NCBI GenBank assembly: GCA_023663725.1
Contig: JAMPGX010000008.1
Span: 16,477-80,476 of the forward strand
Origin: a bacterium
Lineage (GTDB): Bacteria > Bacillota > Clostridia > Lachnospirales > Lachnospiraceae
Direction: 5' to 3'
DNA: 64,000 nt
Shown in pieces: positions 38,398 through 48,900 of this stretch (within the stretch, counting starts at the first letter, position 1; the number at the start of each line of letters is the position of its first letter). Below the pieces are notes generated by a model. That model worked only from the letters and a program-made list of their open reading frames with translations, was not told the DNA's origin and made no database searches. Both the position numbers and the translations under genes were made by a program.

Positions 38398-39198
38398 ATG
38401 GAGCTTGATATGACAAAAAAATTAAGGCTATACAGACATTATATATCTATCGTGGTGCGGGGGATGATGCAGTACAAGGTCTCCTTTTTCCTGACTTCCC
38501 TGGGACAGTTTCTGGTGTCCTTCAACGTATTTTTAGGCATCTATTTCCTGTTTCAGAGGTTTCATCAGGTCAGGGGATACAGCTACAGCGAGGTGCTGCT
38601 CTGCTATGCGATCGTGCTGATGGAGTTCTCTCTGGCAGAGATGTGGGCCAGAGGGTTTGATTCCTTTGCCAGCTTGGTGAAGAGCGGGGAGTTTGACCGG
38701 GTGCTGGTGCGACCTCAGGGGGAGATCCTGCAGGTGCTGGGCAGCAAGTTCGAGCTGACCAGGCTGGGCCGGATGTTCCAGGCTTTGGTCATGTTTGTCT
38801 ACGCAGTCTGCACGGTGGAGGTCGAGTGGACGGCGGGGAGAGTGTGGACGGTGCTGTTTATGCTGGTGGGCGGCATGGCAGTGTTCTCCGGACTGTTTCT
38901 CATCTATGCGGCGCTGTGCTTTTTCACGCTGGACGGACTCGAATTCATGAATGTGCTCACGGACGGCGCCAGGGAGTACGGCAAATATCCGCTGGACATC
39001 TACGGGAAGCGGGTTCTGCGGATTGCCACGGTGCTGGTGCCCTATTCGCTGATCCAGTATTATCCGATGCAATATATTTTGGGCAGGGTTGACAGCCCGG
39101 TCTACATCTTCCTGCCACTGCTGGCTGTCCTGTTTCTGCTGCCATGCTACGGTCTGTGGCGGTTCGGGGTGAGGCATTACAAGTCCAGCGGCTCATGA
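38398..39198 (+). CDS. ABC-2 family permease
   Basis: GEFDRVLVRP, YPLDIY motifs. Confidence 0.88.
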   Translation: MELDMTKKLRLYRHYISIVVRGMMQYKVSFFLTSLGQFLVSFNVFLGIYFLFQRFHQVRGYSYSEVLLCYAIVLMEFSLAEMWARGFDSFASLVKSGEFDRVLVRPQGEILQVLGSKFELTRLGRMFQALVMFVYAVCTVEVEWTAGRVWTVLFMLVGGMAVFSGLFLIYAALCFFTLDGLEFMNVLTDGAREYGKYPLDIYGKRVLRIATVLVPYSLIQYYPMQYILGRVDSPVYIFLPLLAVLFLLPCYGLWRFGVRHYKSSGS

Positions 39199-39311
39199 GG
39201 CTTCCGGGGACATCCGACCTGACTTCCACATTTGTTAAACTCGTGCTTACGCGCTCTTTGCATCCGTGTTTTGCTCATTTGGGAGTGGGATGCAGCCGCA
39301 TGAAAATAATT

Positions 39312-39340
39312 TGTAACGGAATCGCAGGGTCATCCGTCTA
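39312..39340 (+). promoter_or_regulatory. ECF-type autoregulatory promoter
   Basis: TGTAAC-17-CGTCTA just upstream of the sigma gene. Confidence 0.65.
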
Positions 39341-39374
39341 ACCCATGAAGCAACCAAGGAAGAGGTGATGACGC

Positions 39375-39875
39375 GTGGAAAAGGGCACGTTCCAAAAACT
39401 GTATGAAACGCACTATATGCGGGTCTATTCCTATGTCATGACGCTTGCCGGAAAGCAGTGTCTGGCGGAAGAGCTCACGCAGGAGACTTTTTACAGGGCG
39501 TTTACTGCCCGAAGTGGGTTTCGCAGGGAGGCGAGCGAGGCGACCTGGCTCTGCGCCATAGCCAGGAATCTGTTTTATGACGAGATGCGTCGGCAGTCGA
39601 AATGCTCGCAGGAGGCCCCCGACCTGAACGCAGACAGCGGGATTGACGTCGAGGGGGAGGCGGAGAAGCGCGATGCCTCCTGCCGGATTCATCGGGCGCT
39701 GCAGGAGCTGGAGGAGCCGTACCGCAAGGTGTTTGAGCTGCGGATCTTTGGCGACCTGTCCTTTCGGGAAGTCGGCGCCATCTGCGGTAAGACAGAAAAC
39801 TGGGCGAGAGTCACCTATCATCGGGCCAAACTGAAGCTTCAGGAAAGGATGGGTATTCATGGGACTGAACTGTAA
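39375..39875 (+). CDS. ECF RNA polymerase sigma factor
   Basis: AEELTQETF, WLCAIARN, sigma4 region ending WARVTYHRAK. Confidence 0.92.
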   Translation: MEKGTFQKLYETHYMRVYSYVMTLAGKQCLAEELTQETFYRAFTARSGFRREASEATWLCAIARNLFYDEMRRQSKCSQEAPDLNADSGIDVEGEAEKRDASCRIHRALQELEEPYRKVFELRIFGDLSFREVGAICGKTENWARVTYHRAKLKLQERMGIHGTEL

Positions 39876-40827
39876 TGTGATTCGAGATCTGCTGCCGCTC
39901 TATGCGGACCAAATCTGCAGTGTGGAGAGCCGGAAGCTTGTTGACGAGCATTTGACGGAGTGCGGTGATTGCTCTGCGCTCCTGCGGCAGATGCGCAGCA
40001 TGGAGGTGGAGGACGGACTGAAAGCGGAATCGGAGGAGGTCCTGCGCCGTCAGGCAGGCTTTTTCCGGCGAAAGTCTGCTCTCATCGGAACTGTCATCGC
40101 CGGAATATTTATGATTCCAGTGCTGGTCTGCCTGATCGTGAATCTGGCTTGTGGGGCGGCTCTGGACTGGTTTTTCATCGTGCTGGCCTCTCTGGTCACG
40201 GCGGCCTCCCTGATTGTGGTGCCGCTGGTCATGCCGGAAAACAAGCTGCTCTGGACGCTGGGGACCTTCACTGTCAGCCTGTTGCTGCTCCTGGGAGTGA
40301 TCTGCCTGTATGTGCAGGGGCGCTGGTTCTTCCTCGTGGCGTCGTCAACTTTGTTTGGATTTTCTGTATGCCTGTTGCCGCTTGCGGTGTACGCGGAACC
40401 GGTTAAGACCCTGCTGGGCCGGCGAAAGGGCCTGACGGTGATGCTAGTCGCCACTCTGCTCTTTGGGCCGATGATGCTCAGCATCGGACTGTATGTGAAA
40501 TCCGCCGGATACTGGAGGATTGCGCCTGCCGTTTCCCTGCCGATTCTGGCGCTGGTGTGGGTTCTGTTTCTGTTTATCCGCTATGCGAGGCTGGACGGCT
40601 TGTTCAAGGCCGGGGCAAGCACGGCGCTGGTCGGCATTTTCAGCTTTTTTGCTGATTGCTATATCAATATGTGTATAGGCATTCACAAACCGATGCCGGA
40701 GTTCAGGCCGTTTGTCTGGAAGCTGAGCACGGTTGACGGCAATGTGAAGTGGCTGGCACTGCTGAGCTGCGTTGCCGTGGGCGCCGTCCTGATGGCACTG
40801 GGATGCGCCAGGAGGAAAAAGGGATAA
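39859..40827 (+). CDS. Zinc-finger (ZAS) membrane anti-sigma factor
   Basis: CNVIRDLLPLY...HLTECGDC (HxxxCxxC); multiple TM helices; overlaps the sigma stop. Confidence 0.88.
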   Translation: MGLNCNVIRDLLPLYADQICSVESRKLVDEHLTECGDCSALLRQMRSMEVEDGLKAESEEVLRRQAGFFRRKSALIGTVIAGIFMIPVLVCLIVNLACGAALDWFFIVLASLVTAASLIVVPLVMPENKLLWTLGTFTVSLLLLLGVICLYVQGRWFFLVASSTLFGFSVCLLPLAVYAEPVKTLLGRRKGLTVMLVATLLFGPMMLSIGLYVKSAGYWRIAPAVSLPILALVWVLFLFIRYARLDGLFKAGASTALVGIFSFFADCYINMCIGIHKPMPEFRPFVWKLSTVDGNVKWLALLSCVAVGAVLMALGCARRKKG

Positions 40828-40838
40828 CGTTGAGGCAT

Positions 40839-41231
40839 ATGATGAAAAAAATGGGTGATATCGATTATCATATCGTGGATTATGAGGCGCGCCGCGGACA
40901 TGGGAAAATATCTACAGATGTATTTAAACGGCGGCATGGATATCGTCAGTCAGGCCAGCCTCTGCTTGGTGAGGAGAGAGTAGCGCTGTCGGAACACGCG
41001 TATCTGCTGTTTCATATCCTGATAGACCTGGTCTATCTTGCGCTTGACACCGTGCGGCACATGGTATTCCCTGCCGTCCTTCTCGCCCTGCCCTCTATTT
41101 TGGGTTCTCCCCTCTGGCTGGTACGGTATTTCGTCAAAGACCTGTTTCTGGTACTGATCTTGGCCTGCGTCGTATCGTTCGGCACGGGGATCTATAAGGC
41201 TGTGGTGATCAGAAAACAGCTACGCGTTTAA
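40839..41231 (+). CDS. Small membrane protein of unknown function
   Basis: ATG 40839 after GAGG; hydrophobic C-terminal half. Confidence 0.55.
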   Translation: MMKKMGDIDYHIVDYEARRGHGKISTDVFKRRHGYRQSGQPLLGEERVALSEHAYLLFHILIDLVYLALDTVRHMVFPAVLLALPSILGSPLWLVRYFVKDLFLVLILACVVSFGTGIYKAVVIRKQLRV

Positions 41232-41236
41232 AGAAT

Positions 41237-41521
41237 TTATTGCTCCGGATGTCTGGCTGCAGTGATATAGGTATGGCGGTAAAATGGCATTTTCCAGTCC
41301 GCGGTATTCCACAGCCCTTTAAACTCTTTTACCGTTACCTTTCTGTTATAAGACGCTTCGTCACAGTTCACCAGATCGCGAAAGGACTCCGCGATAAAAA
41401 GGTGTTTTTTGTCAAACCCGATTACCGGAACATAGTGCAGCCAGCTTTTGCCCGCTTAGGTTCGCAGCATGACAATGGTATTGATCAGATAGATAAGCGC
41501 TGTCAGTAAAAATATTTTCAT
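41237..41521 (-). pseudogene. Decayed gene with C39-peptidase-like C-terminal remnant
   Basis: AAGGAG-ATG, in-frame TAA, LHYVPVIGFDKKHLFIAES, then frameshift into YNRKVTVKEFKGLWNT. Confidence 0.5.
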
Positions 41522-41831
41522 ATATCAATACTCTCCTTCCGGCTGTCGGAACTAAAATCTCTGGAATTATTGTACAATGATATCCTTTTTTATGCAAATA
41601 GAATTGGGTTCTAACAAACGGTTCACCAGATTCATTTCCAGCTTTATACCACCATTTTTCCCCATAAAAGATTAAATTAGAAAATGCTCAGGAGGGACTA
41701 AAGTAGCCGCTCGTTCTTTGGACATTATTTTTTTTGCACATATTTATGAAAAAATGTATTGACAAAAATGTAGCCAGCACGTACAATAAAATAAATTATC
41801 TTAACTAAAAAAAGAATGAGAGGGAATTTAT

Positions 41832-42290
41832 ATGATAAGAAGCACTTCCGTAATGAGGGATATTCCAGAGGTGTGTTCCGCGTTGCGCAAGAAATTTTTC
41901 GGAGAGGCCGCATCTCCGAAAGACTACAAAGACTCATATATTGTGAATGAAGCGATAGATTCTTTTAAAGGATCGCCGGAAGACCTGATGACCCCATCCA
42001 TTTCTCAAAAGGATCAGAATGAAATAAAGGTAAGCAAGAGTATAAATTTTCGATCAAATTCTCACGAGAAACTATCGGCTATAGCCACAGTACTTCAGAT
42101 TTCAGAATCCGAAGTGTGCAGACGAATTATCTACTATTCGCTCGAAGAGCATCATGAAAGTAAGGCCCTGATAGAGGCTTCTATTTTAAAAGAGAAGGTT
42201 ATTCTTCTGAAGAGACAAATGGAAGAAAGCATGAAAGCGTTAAATGAAGTAATGCTTGCGATTACTCTGTTAGAAAACGAGGAGAAATGA
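41832..42290 (+). CDS. AT-rich putative ribbon-helix-helix DNA-binding protein with C-terminal coiled coil
   Basis: KSINFR..HEKLSAIA..LQISESEVCRRII pattern; fold call is inference. Confidence 0.55.
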   Translation: MIRSTSVMRDIPEVCSALRKKFFGEAASPKDYKDSYIVNEAIDSFKGSPEDLMTPSISQKDQNEIKVSKSINFRSNSHEKLSAIATVLQISESEVCRRIIYYSLEEHHESKALIEASILKEKVILLKRQMEESMKALNEVMLAITLLENEEK

Positions 42291-42296
42291 GGGCAT

Positions 42297-42452
42297 ATGA
42301 AAGACAAAGCACATAGTAAATACGTTGTGATTCCTAAGATTCTGAAGGAATATGCCAGCAGGGAGAGTCCTGTTAGTATTACTGAGATTGTCAGAAGGGC
42401 AAAAGAAATGGGATATAAAGGAGGAGGTAAATATGAGCATAATACCATATGA
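42297..42452 (+). pseudogene. 51-aa winged-helix-like fragment resembling WYL-regulator N-termini
   Basis: Hand translation: ILKEYASRESPVSITEIVRRAKEMGY; truncated by overlap with the next gene. Confidence 0.4.
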
Positions 42453-43035
42453 AAATAGGAAAATGAAAGCAAATAGGGCTATGTCGGATTTCTCAACATA
42501 TCTGAAATCACATAACATATTTTTCAAAACAGATATAGCAGAGGAAGAGATACCAAGGATCACGATGGTTTTCAAAAATTGTGAGAGCTGTCCAGGACAT
42601 ATAACCGAGGGGTGTATCTATTTCTTTGATGATGAAATGGAAATCAGGGTGTATTATTCTGAAGATGGATCTGAGATATGTAGAAACTCGAATAATATGA
42701 CAGACCTGTATAGACTGATGAATTTCCTGAATGCAAGGCTGTGGCCGCGTGGTATGGATGGGATGGGAGGTGTGCTATATAGATCGCAATGTTTGTTTTA
42801 TCCCAGGTTTCATGTCACAGAAGACGGTATGAAGGATATAACAGCCAAAATGATTGTTCCATATACTCACTATGAGATGGATAAGTTAGAAACAGAGGAC
42901 TTTATTACAGCGGCACTGCCGGATTTGCTGGACAGCTTAAGTGTACCGATATTTCTTTTGCTTCTGAGTAAGATAAGTGTTGAGGAGGCAATATCTATGA
43001 TAGAGACAAGGATTTTAGGAGTGTTAATGTCTTGA
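42433..43035 (+). CDS. AT-rich hypothetical protein
   Basis: GGAGGT-ATG start; 200 aa. Confidence 0.7.
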   Translation: MSIIPYENRKMKANRAMSDFSTYLKSHNIFFKTDIAEEEIPRITMVFKNCESCPGHITEGCIYFFDDEMEIRVYYSEDGSEICRNSNNMTDLYRLMNFLNARLWPRGMDGMGGVLYRSQCLFYPRFHVTEDGMKDITAKMIVPYTHYEMDKLETEDFITAALPDLLDSLSVPIFLLLLSKISVEEAISMIETRILGVLMS

Positions 43036-43481
43036 ATCAGGAAATATCATATATATGAGGAGGGGGCAGGGAGAGTCTGTATGATAAGTTTAAAACTCTG
43101 TGCAAAGCAGAGAAAAGACGCCAGCAATGGTGATAACAGGATTTATAAAAAATATGTTGATGATAGAAATGAGGAAAAAGATGATGATTTGAAGAGCGGC
43201 TGGCGCAGTTCAAGGAAGAACATGAGTTTACGCCAGTCAATATGATATAGATGCGGGGGGAGGTTTGAGGGATATATGAGATTACCGCCTATGGTGGGAA
43301 TCTATATGGCGGGAAGAGTCTTCGTGGAATCTCTCGGATGATGAAAAGCCTTGGAAAAAGTATTACAGAAGAAAATAAATAAGGCGATGGATTGGGGATG
43401 TAAAAATATCGTATTTGTATAGATAATTTACTGAAAGAGATCGAAAGAAAAGAGCTTTGAAAAGCTGGAGGGTGAGGAAGA

Positions 43482-44177
43482 ATGGGATTTGTAATAGCAG
43501 GAGATACGCACGGGACGCTTGATATCGGAAAAGTGACAGCATATTTTGCCGGACGGGAAGAGGAATATACGAAAGAGGATTATCTGATTATATGCGGCGA
43601 TGTAGGTGTCTGCGGTTTTTCAGCGTCAGAGGAAGCGCAAACCCGAAACATATTGCGCGGGTTGCCGGTCACCACTCTTTTCATAGATGGGAACCATGAA
43701 AATTTTGAACTGTTAAATTCATATGGCGTGGATATGTGGAATGGCGGCAAGGTACATTTTATTGAGGACGATATAATCCATCTGATGAGGGGTCAGGTGT
43801 TTTGCATCGACGGAATAAAATTCTTTACCTTTGGCGGGGCCTACAGTATTGACAAGATGTATAGAAGCGAAGGGATTTCGTGGTTTCCGGAGGAAACTCC
43901 CTCCAGAGCAGAATATGAGGAGGGCTGGAGCAATCTGGAAAAGTCGGGCTTTCAGGTTGACTATATCCTAACGCACACCGGGCCGAGAGAGATTGTCGGG
44001 CAGATGGGATATGGAGAATTGTCTGACGAGGAAGTTGAATTGCGACGATTCCTGCAGCGGGTAGCGGATCACACAGAATTTACGGCATGGTACTTTGGGC
44101 ATTTTCATGAGGATACGGCAGTGGAGGAGATATTTTTTTGTCTATATGATGAGTTGGTTGCGATAAATGAACCTTAA
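43482..44177 (+). CDS. Calcineurin-like metallophosphoesterase
   Basis: GDTHG, CGD, DGNHE, THT, GHFH motifs. Confidence 0.92.
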   Translation: MGFVIAGDTHGTLDIGKVTAYFAGREEEYTKEDYLIICGDVGVCGFSASEEAQTRNILRGLPVTTLFIDGNHENFELLNSYGVDMWNGGKVHFIEDDIIHLMRGQVFCIDGIKFFTFGGAYSIDKMYRSEGISWFPEETPSRAEYEEGWSNLEKSGFQVDYILTHTGPREIVGQMGYGELSDEEVELRRFLQRVADHTEFTAWYFGHFHEDTAVEEIFFCLYDELVAINEP

Positions 44178-44195
44178 TGCCACATTCCCCGTCTA
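44168..44195 (+). promoter_or_regulatory. ECF-type promoter overlapping the upstream stop codon
   Basis: TGAACC-16-CGTCTA. Confidence 0.6.
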
Positions 44196-44222
44196 TATAA
44201 ATGAAACCGGTTTTCAGGAAAG

Positions 44223-45512
44223 GTGATGGGAGGTGATGAGACGGTGCGCTTTGAGGAACTGCTGGACAGCAATCGATGCTCAGTGGAGCGGTATGTGCGG
44301 TACAGGCTGCGCACAAAAGCCGATGCGGATGATGTTCTGCAGGACATCTATCTGGCGGCCTATGAGAAGTTTGGACAGCTGAAGAACGAGGAGGCATTCA
44401 GGAGTTGGATCATCAGCATCGCGCGTAACAAGTGCAATGACTTTTTCCGCAGGCAGGCCGCCCGGCTGGAGATTCCGCTGGACGCGTTGACGGAAAAAGA
44501 ATGGTCCTGCGGCAGACAGGGCATAGCAGAGATATCCGTTGTAAGGGAAACCCTAGGGCTGTTGGGAGACAGGGACAGGCAGATTCTCTACCTGTACTTC
44601 TGGAAAGAGATGCCGCAGGCGGAGATCGCGAAGGTCCTGCGCATTCCTCTGGGAACGGTCAAGAGCCGCCTCCACACCGCCAGACGCAACTTTAAAGACA
44701 GATTTCCGTATCAGATGAACCCCCTGAAAGGAGAAAAAAGTATGAAAAAATTACCGGAATTTTTACCTGAATATATGATAGAGGAGAGCGATAAACCGCC
44801 TTTTTCCGTCAAATGCGAGGAGCTGATGGGATGGTTCCTTGTGCCAAGGCTTGGGGAGAAGCTGTCCTGGGGGATGTATGACATCCCGTCGCGAAAGCGC
44901 AGTCACGTCTATGAGATGAAAGTGGTGGGCAAGGCGGCAGTTCACGGAATTGAGGGCGTGGAACTGACTGCCAGAGAAGCGGCATATTCAGACAGGGAGG
45001 AGGCGACAGAGCGAACCTTCGTCGCCCAACTGACAGACACCCACTGTCGGTATCTTGCAGCGGTGAGAAACGACGGAAACGTGAGGAACTATCTTACCTT
45101 TCTGGACGGAGACGCATTTATGCCAGTCTGGGGATTTGGCGAGGACAACTGTGGAAATGAGATTTATATATCCCCCAGGGGGAATATCAGGAGGGAGGGT
45201 AAAACGGTCACCAGCTCCGGCGGTGAGTACCTGCAGGATATTGTCGGCCGCTACACGGTCACGCTCAACGGCAGACGTTTTGACACCGTATGCGTCATGG
45301 TCATCGCATCCTGCAATTGCGGCGTCGTCTCCGAGCAGTTCCTGGACAGAGACGGAAAGACCGTTCTCTGGCGCAGATTTAACCGTGACGACTGGGCAAT
45401 AGACCGCTATGGGGAAAAATGGAGCGTACTCCTGCCCGAAAATGAACGGCTTACCGTGGACGGCATGACATATGTGCAGTGGTACGACTGCATAACGGAC
45501 TATGTCCTTTGA
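44223..45512 (+). CDS. ECF sigma factor with ~256-aa C-terminal extension
   Basis: ADDVLQDIY, WIISIARN, GTVKSRLHTAR; internal AAAGGAG-ATG at 44742. Confidence 0.85.
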   Translation: MMGGDETVRFEELLDSNRCSVERYVRYRLRTKADADDVLQDIYLAAYEKFGQLKNEEAFRSWIISIARNKCNDFFRRQAARLEIPLDALTEKEWSCGRQGIAEISVVRETLGLLGDRDRQILYLYFWKEMPQAEIAKVLRIPLGTVKSRLHTARRNFKDRFPYQMNPLKGEKSMKKLPEFLPEYMIEESDKPPFSVKCEELMGWFLVPRLGEKLSWGMYDIPSRKRSHVYEMKVVGKAAVHGIEGVELTAREAAYSDREEATERTFVAQLTDTHCRYLAAVRNDGNVRNYLTFLDGDAFMPVWGFGEDNCGNEIYISPRGNIRREGKTVTSSGGEYLQDIVGRYTVTLNGRRFDTVCVMVIASCNCGVVSEQFLDRDGKTVLWRRFNRDDWAIDRYGEKWSVLLPENERLTVDGMTYVQWYDCITDYVL

Positions 45513-45571
45513 TCGGAAAAATCCGTCTTCAGACAGCCCGAAAAGTCCCGAAAAGAAACATGCAATATGAG

Positions 45572-45856
45572 TTGACAAATCCTCCCTGATGCGATAGAAT
45601 GATGAAAACGTTGAAAGAGGCAAGTAGCATATACGCGGAATTTACAGAGAGCTGGGGGAGCTGAGAGCCGGCAAGGAAGGTATCATGCGAAAATCACTCT
45701 GGAGTTGCAGGCTGAAAGCGCAGGAGTCAGGGACAGCGAGTAAGTCGGGCCGGTTTTCCACCGTTATCTGGGAGGCATATGATGGTATGTTCATGCAGGT
45801 GGTGTAAAAAGTGAGAAGCGCAGAGCCCTCATCCTGGAATGGGATGGGGGCTTTTT
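45572..45856 (+). promoter_or_regulatory. Promoter and T-box riboswitch (Ile specifier AUC) with terminator
   Basis: TTGACA-17-TAGAAT; AGAGAG, GCTGAGAG, GAAAATC (ATC 45693), CCGTTA, AGGTGGT (45797); terminator 45824-45856. Confidence 0.85.
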
Positions 45857-45904
45857 GTTTGCCTGTAGCGAATGTACACTATATTATCGCAGGAGGGATA
45901 TGAG

Positions 45905-48900
45905 ATGAAGTACGAGGAACTTACAGGCAAGCCGGATCTGGCCCTCATTCAGAAGGAGGTGCTGGAGTTCTGGAACAGGGAGCGGGTCTTTGAAAAATCT
46001 GTGGAGCAGCGCACAGGGCAGGAGGTGGTCTTCTATGACGGGCCGCCTTTCCCCACCGGAAAGCCTCATCACGGAACAGTCCTGGTGTCTTTTATCAAGG
46101 ACATGATCGCCAGGTATTGGACCATGCGGGGATATCGGGTTCCGCGGGTTTGGGGCTGGGACTGTCACGGTCTGCCCATCGAAAATCAGGCGGAGACGCT
46201 GCTGGGCATCCATGACAAGAACGAGATTGAAAGGAGTCTCGGTATCGACCGCTTTAACGAGAAATGCTACGAGATCGTCTCCGGCAACAACGAGGCCTGG
46301 CGGGAGTATGTGGAGCAGATGGCGCGCTGGGTGGACTATGACGGAGCCTACAAGACCATGGACACGGATTTCATGGAGAGCGTTATGTGGGCGTTTAAGC
46401 GCTGTTATGAGAAGGGGTATATCTACAGGGACTATCGGGTCACGCCCTACTGTATGCACTGTGAGACCTCCCTCTCCATCTCCGACACCAGAGAGTCAGA
46501 CTCCACAAGGCCCAGGCAGGATCGCTGGATCATCGTCAGATTTAAGACGCCGGAGCTCGTCCAGGGCAGGCAGGTGTACCTGCTGGCCTGGACGACGACT
46601 CCCTGGACTCTGCCCTCCAATATGTGTCTGGCCGTGGGAGAGCAGTTGGACTACGCCTATGTGGAGGTGGGGGACGCCGTCTATGTGGCCTGCAAAAATA
46701 CATTGGCAGGCTATGAGAAGGTCTTTGGCGCGGACCCAGTGATCCTGAAGGAGTGCAAGGGGCGAGAACTGCTGGGCATGACCTATGAGCCGTTGTTTGA
46801 CTACTTTGCGGACAAAAAGGAGCAGGGGGCGTTCCGCGTGGTCGCCGCCGGATATGTGGGCTCCGAGGAGGGCGTGGGAATCGTCCACACGGCGCCGGCT
46901 TTTGGCGAGGACGATTACTGGACCTGCAAGGAAAACGGGATTCCGCTGGTGAATCCGGTGGATGAACAGGGGCATTTCACGGAGGAGGTCAGGGATTTCT
47001 ACGATCCGTCTCAGGAGAAGAACGTGATCGAGATGAATCCGGCGGTCATCCGGTTCCTGTATGAGAGCGGCAAGGCCGTGGCCGACGGAACCATAGAGCA
47101 CAATTATCCCCATTGCTGGCGCTGTAAGAGGCCGCTGATCTACAAGGCCATGGACGCCTGGTATTTCGACGTAGGTAAACTCAAGGACCGTTTGATAGAG
47201 TTGAACGAGCAGATCAACTGGGTGCCGGAGACCGTCAAGCACGGGCGATTTGGCAATTGGCTGGCGGGCGCCAGGGACTGGAATATCTCCAGAAACAGAT
47301 ATTGGAGCACGCCCATCCCCATCTGGGAGTGCGAGAGCTGCGGTCATCGGGTGGTGCTCGGCAGCATCGAGGAGATCTATGAAGCCAGCGGCGTTCGTCT
47401 GAGCAATCTTCACAGACAGTATATGGACCGGATCACATTCCGCTGTGAATGCTGCCAGGGGACGATGCGACGGGTGCCGGAGGTCCTGGATTGCTGGTTT
47501 GAGAGCGGCTCTGTGCCGTTTGCCCAGAAGCATTATCCCTTTGAGAACAGGGAGTGGTTCGAGTCGCATTTTCCCAGCGATTTCATCGTGGAATACACGG
47601 GGCAGATCCGCTGCTGGTTCTATTACCTGCATGTGCTGTCGGTGGCGCTGTTCGACAGGCCCGCGTTTCAGAACTGCGTGGTTCATGGCACAGTGCTGGC
47701 AAAGGACGGGAAGAAGCTGGCCAAATCCTCCAGGAATTACACAGATCCGATGGAGCTGATGAAGAAGCAGGGGACGGATGCGTTCCGGCTCTATCTGTAT
47801 CAGACGAATGCCATGCTGATCGGCGATCTGCTGTTTGACGAGGCGGGCATATCTGACGCGTATCAGCAGATCATCCTGCCTTACTGGAACGCCTGCAATT
47901 TCTATATCTCCTATGCCAATATAGACGGCTTCAAACCGGGGGAGCTGGAGGAGCCGGCGAGCGGGAATCAGCTGGACAGCTGGATGTTGGCCAAACTGTA
48001 CGAGACCTGGCAGGCCATCACCGGCCATATGGACGCTTACTGCGTAAACCGATATGTGGAGTATCTGGCTTCCCTGGTGGACGGGCTGACCAACTGGTAT
48101 ATCAGGCGTTCCAGGAGGCGTTTCTGGGACAGCGGTATGTCGGCGGATAAGCTGAGCGCATACCGGACCCTGTACTATGTGCTGGTGTGTACGACCAAGC
48201 TCTTTGCTCCGGTGGCGCCCATTCTCTCGGAAAAAATGTATCAGGTGCTGACGGGGGAATTCTCCGTACACCTGGCGTTGTGGCCACAGCTTCCGCAGAA
48301 GTTTGCTGATCAGAGGCTCCTTGACGATGTGGCGCTGGCGCAGGAGGTGATCTACCTGGCCCGTTCCATCCGCAACAAAAACAGGGTGAAGAACCGCCAG
48401 CCCCTGCGCAGTCTTAAGGTAGCGCTGTCGGAGCCTTCCCAGAGCGCTGTCCTTGCACAGTTCTCGGAGATTGTCGCGGAGGAACTCAATGTGAAGGAGG
48501 TAGAGATTCTGAATGATGTGGGCAGCATTGCGAAGGTGCAGTACGCGCCCAATTACAGTGAGATTCGCAGCAGATACCCAGACCGGATCGGAGAGCTTGT
48601 CAAGGCGGTCAGGAGCGGGAAGCTCCGGATGGAGGACGGCTCAGTATGGCTATGCATGGACAGTGGCGAGGAGCGCTTTGAGGAGGAGATCATTCTGGTG
48701 ACCTACCAGGCCAAAGATGGCCAACACGTAGCCAGCAGTCGTGGCATCGTGGTGTCGCTGGACCTCAATCTGACGCAGGAGCTGAGAGACGAGGGCCTGG
48801 CCAGAGATATAGTCAGGAACATCCAGGATGCCAGAAAGCAGATGGGCTGTGAGATCACGGATACGGTCCTGCTGACCTTTGAGGGAGATGTGCCTGGACA

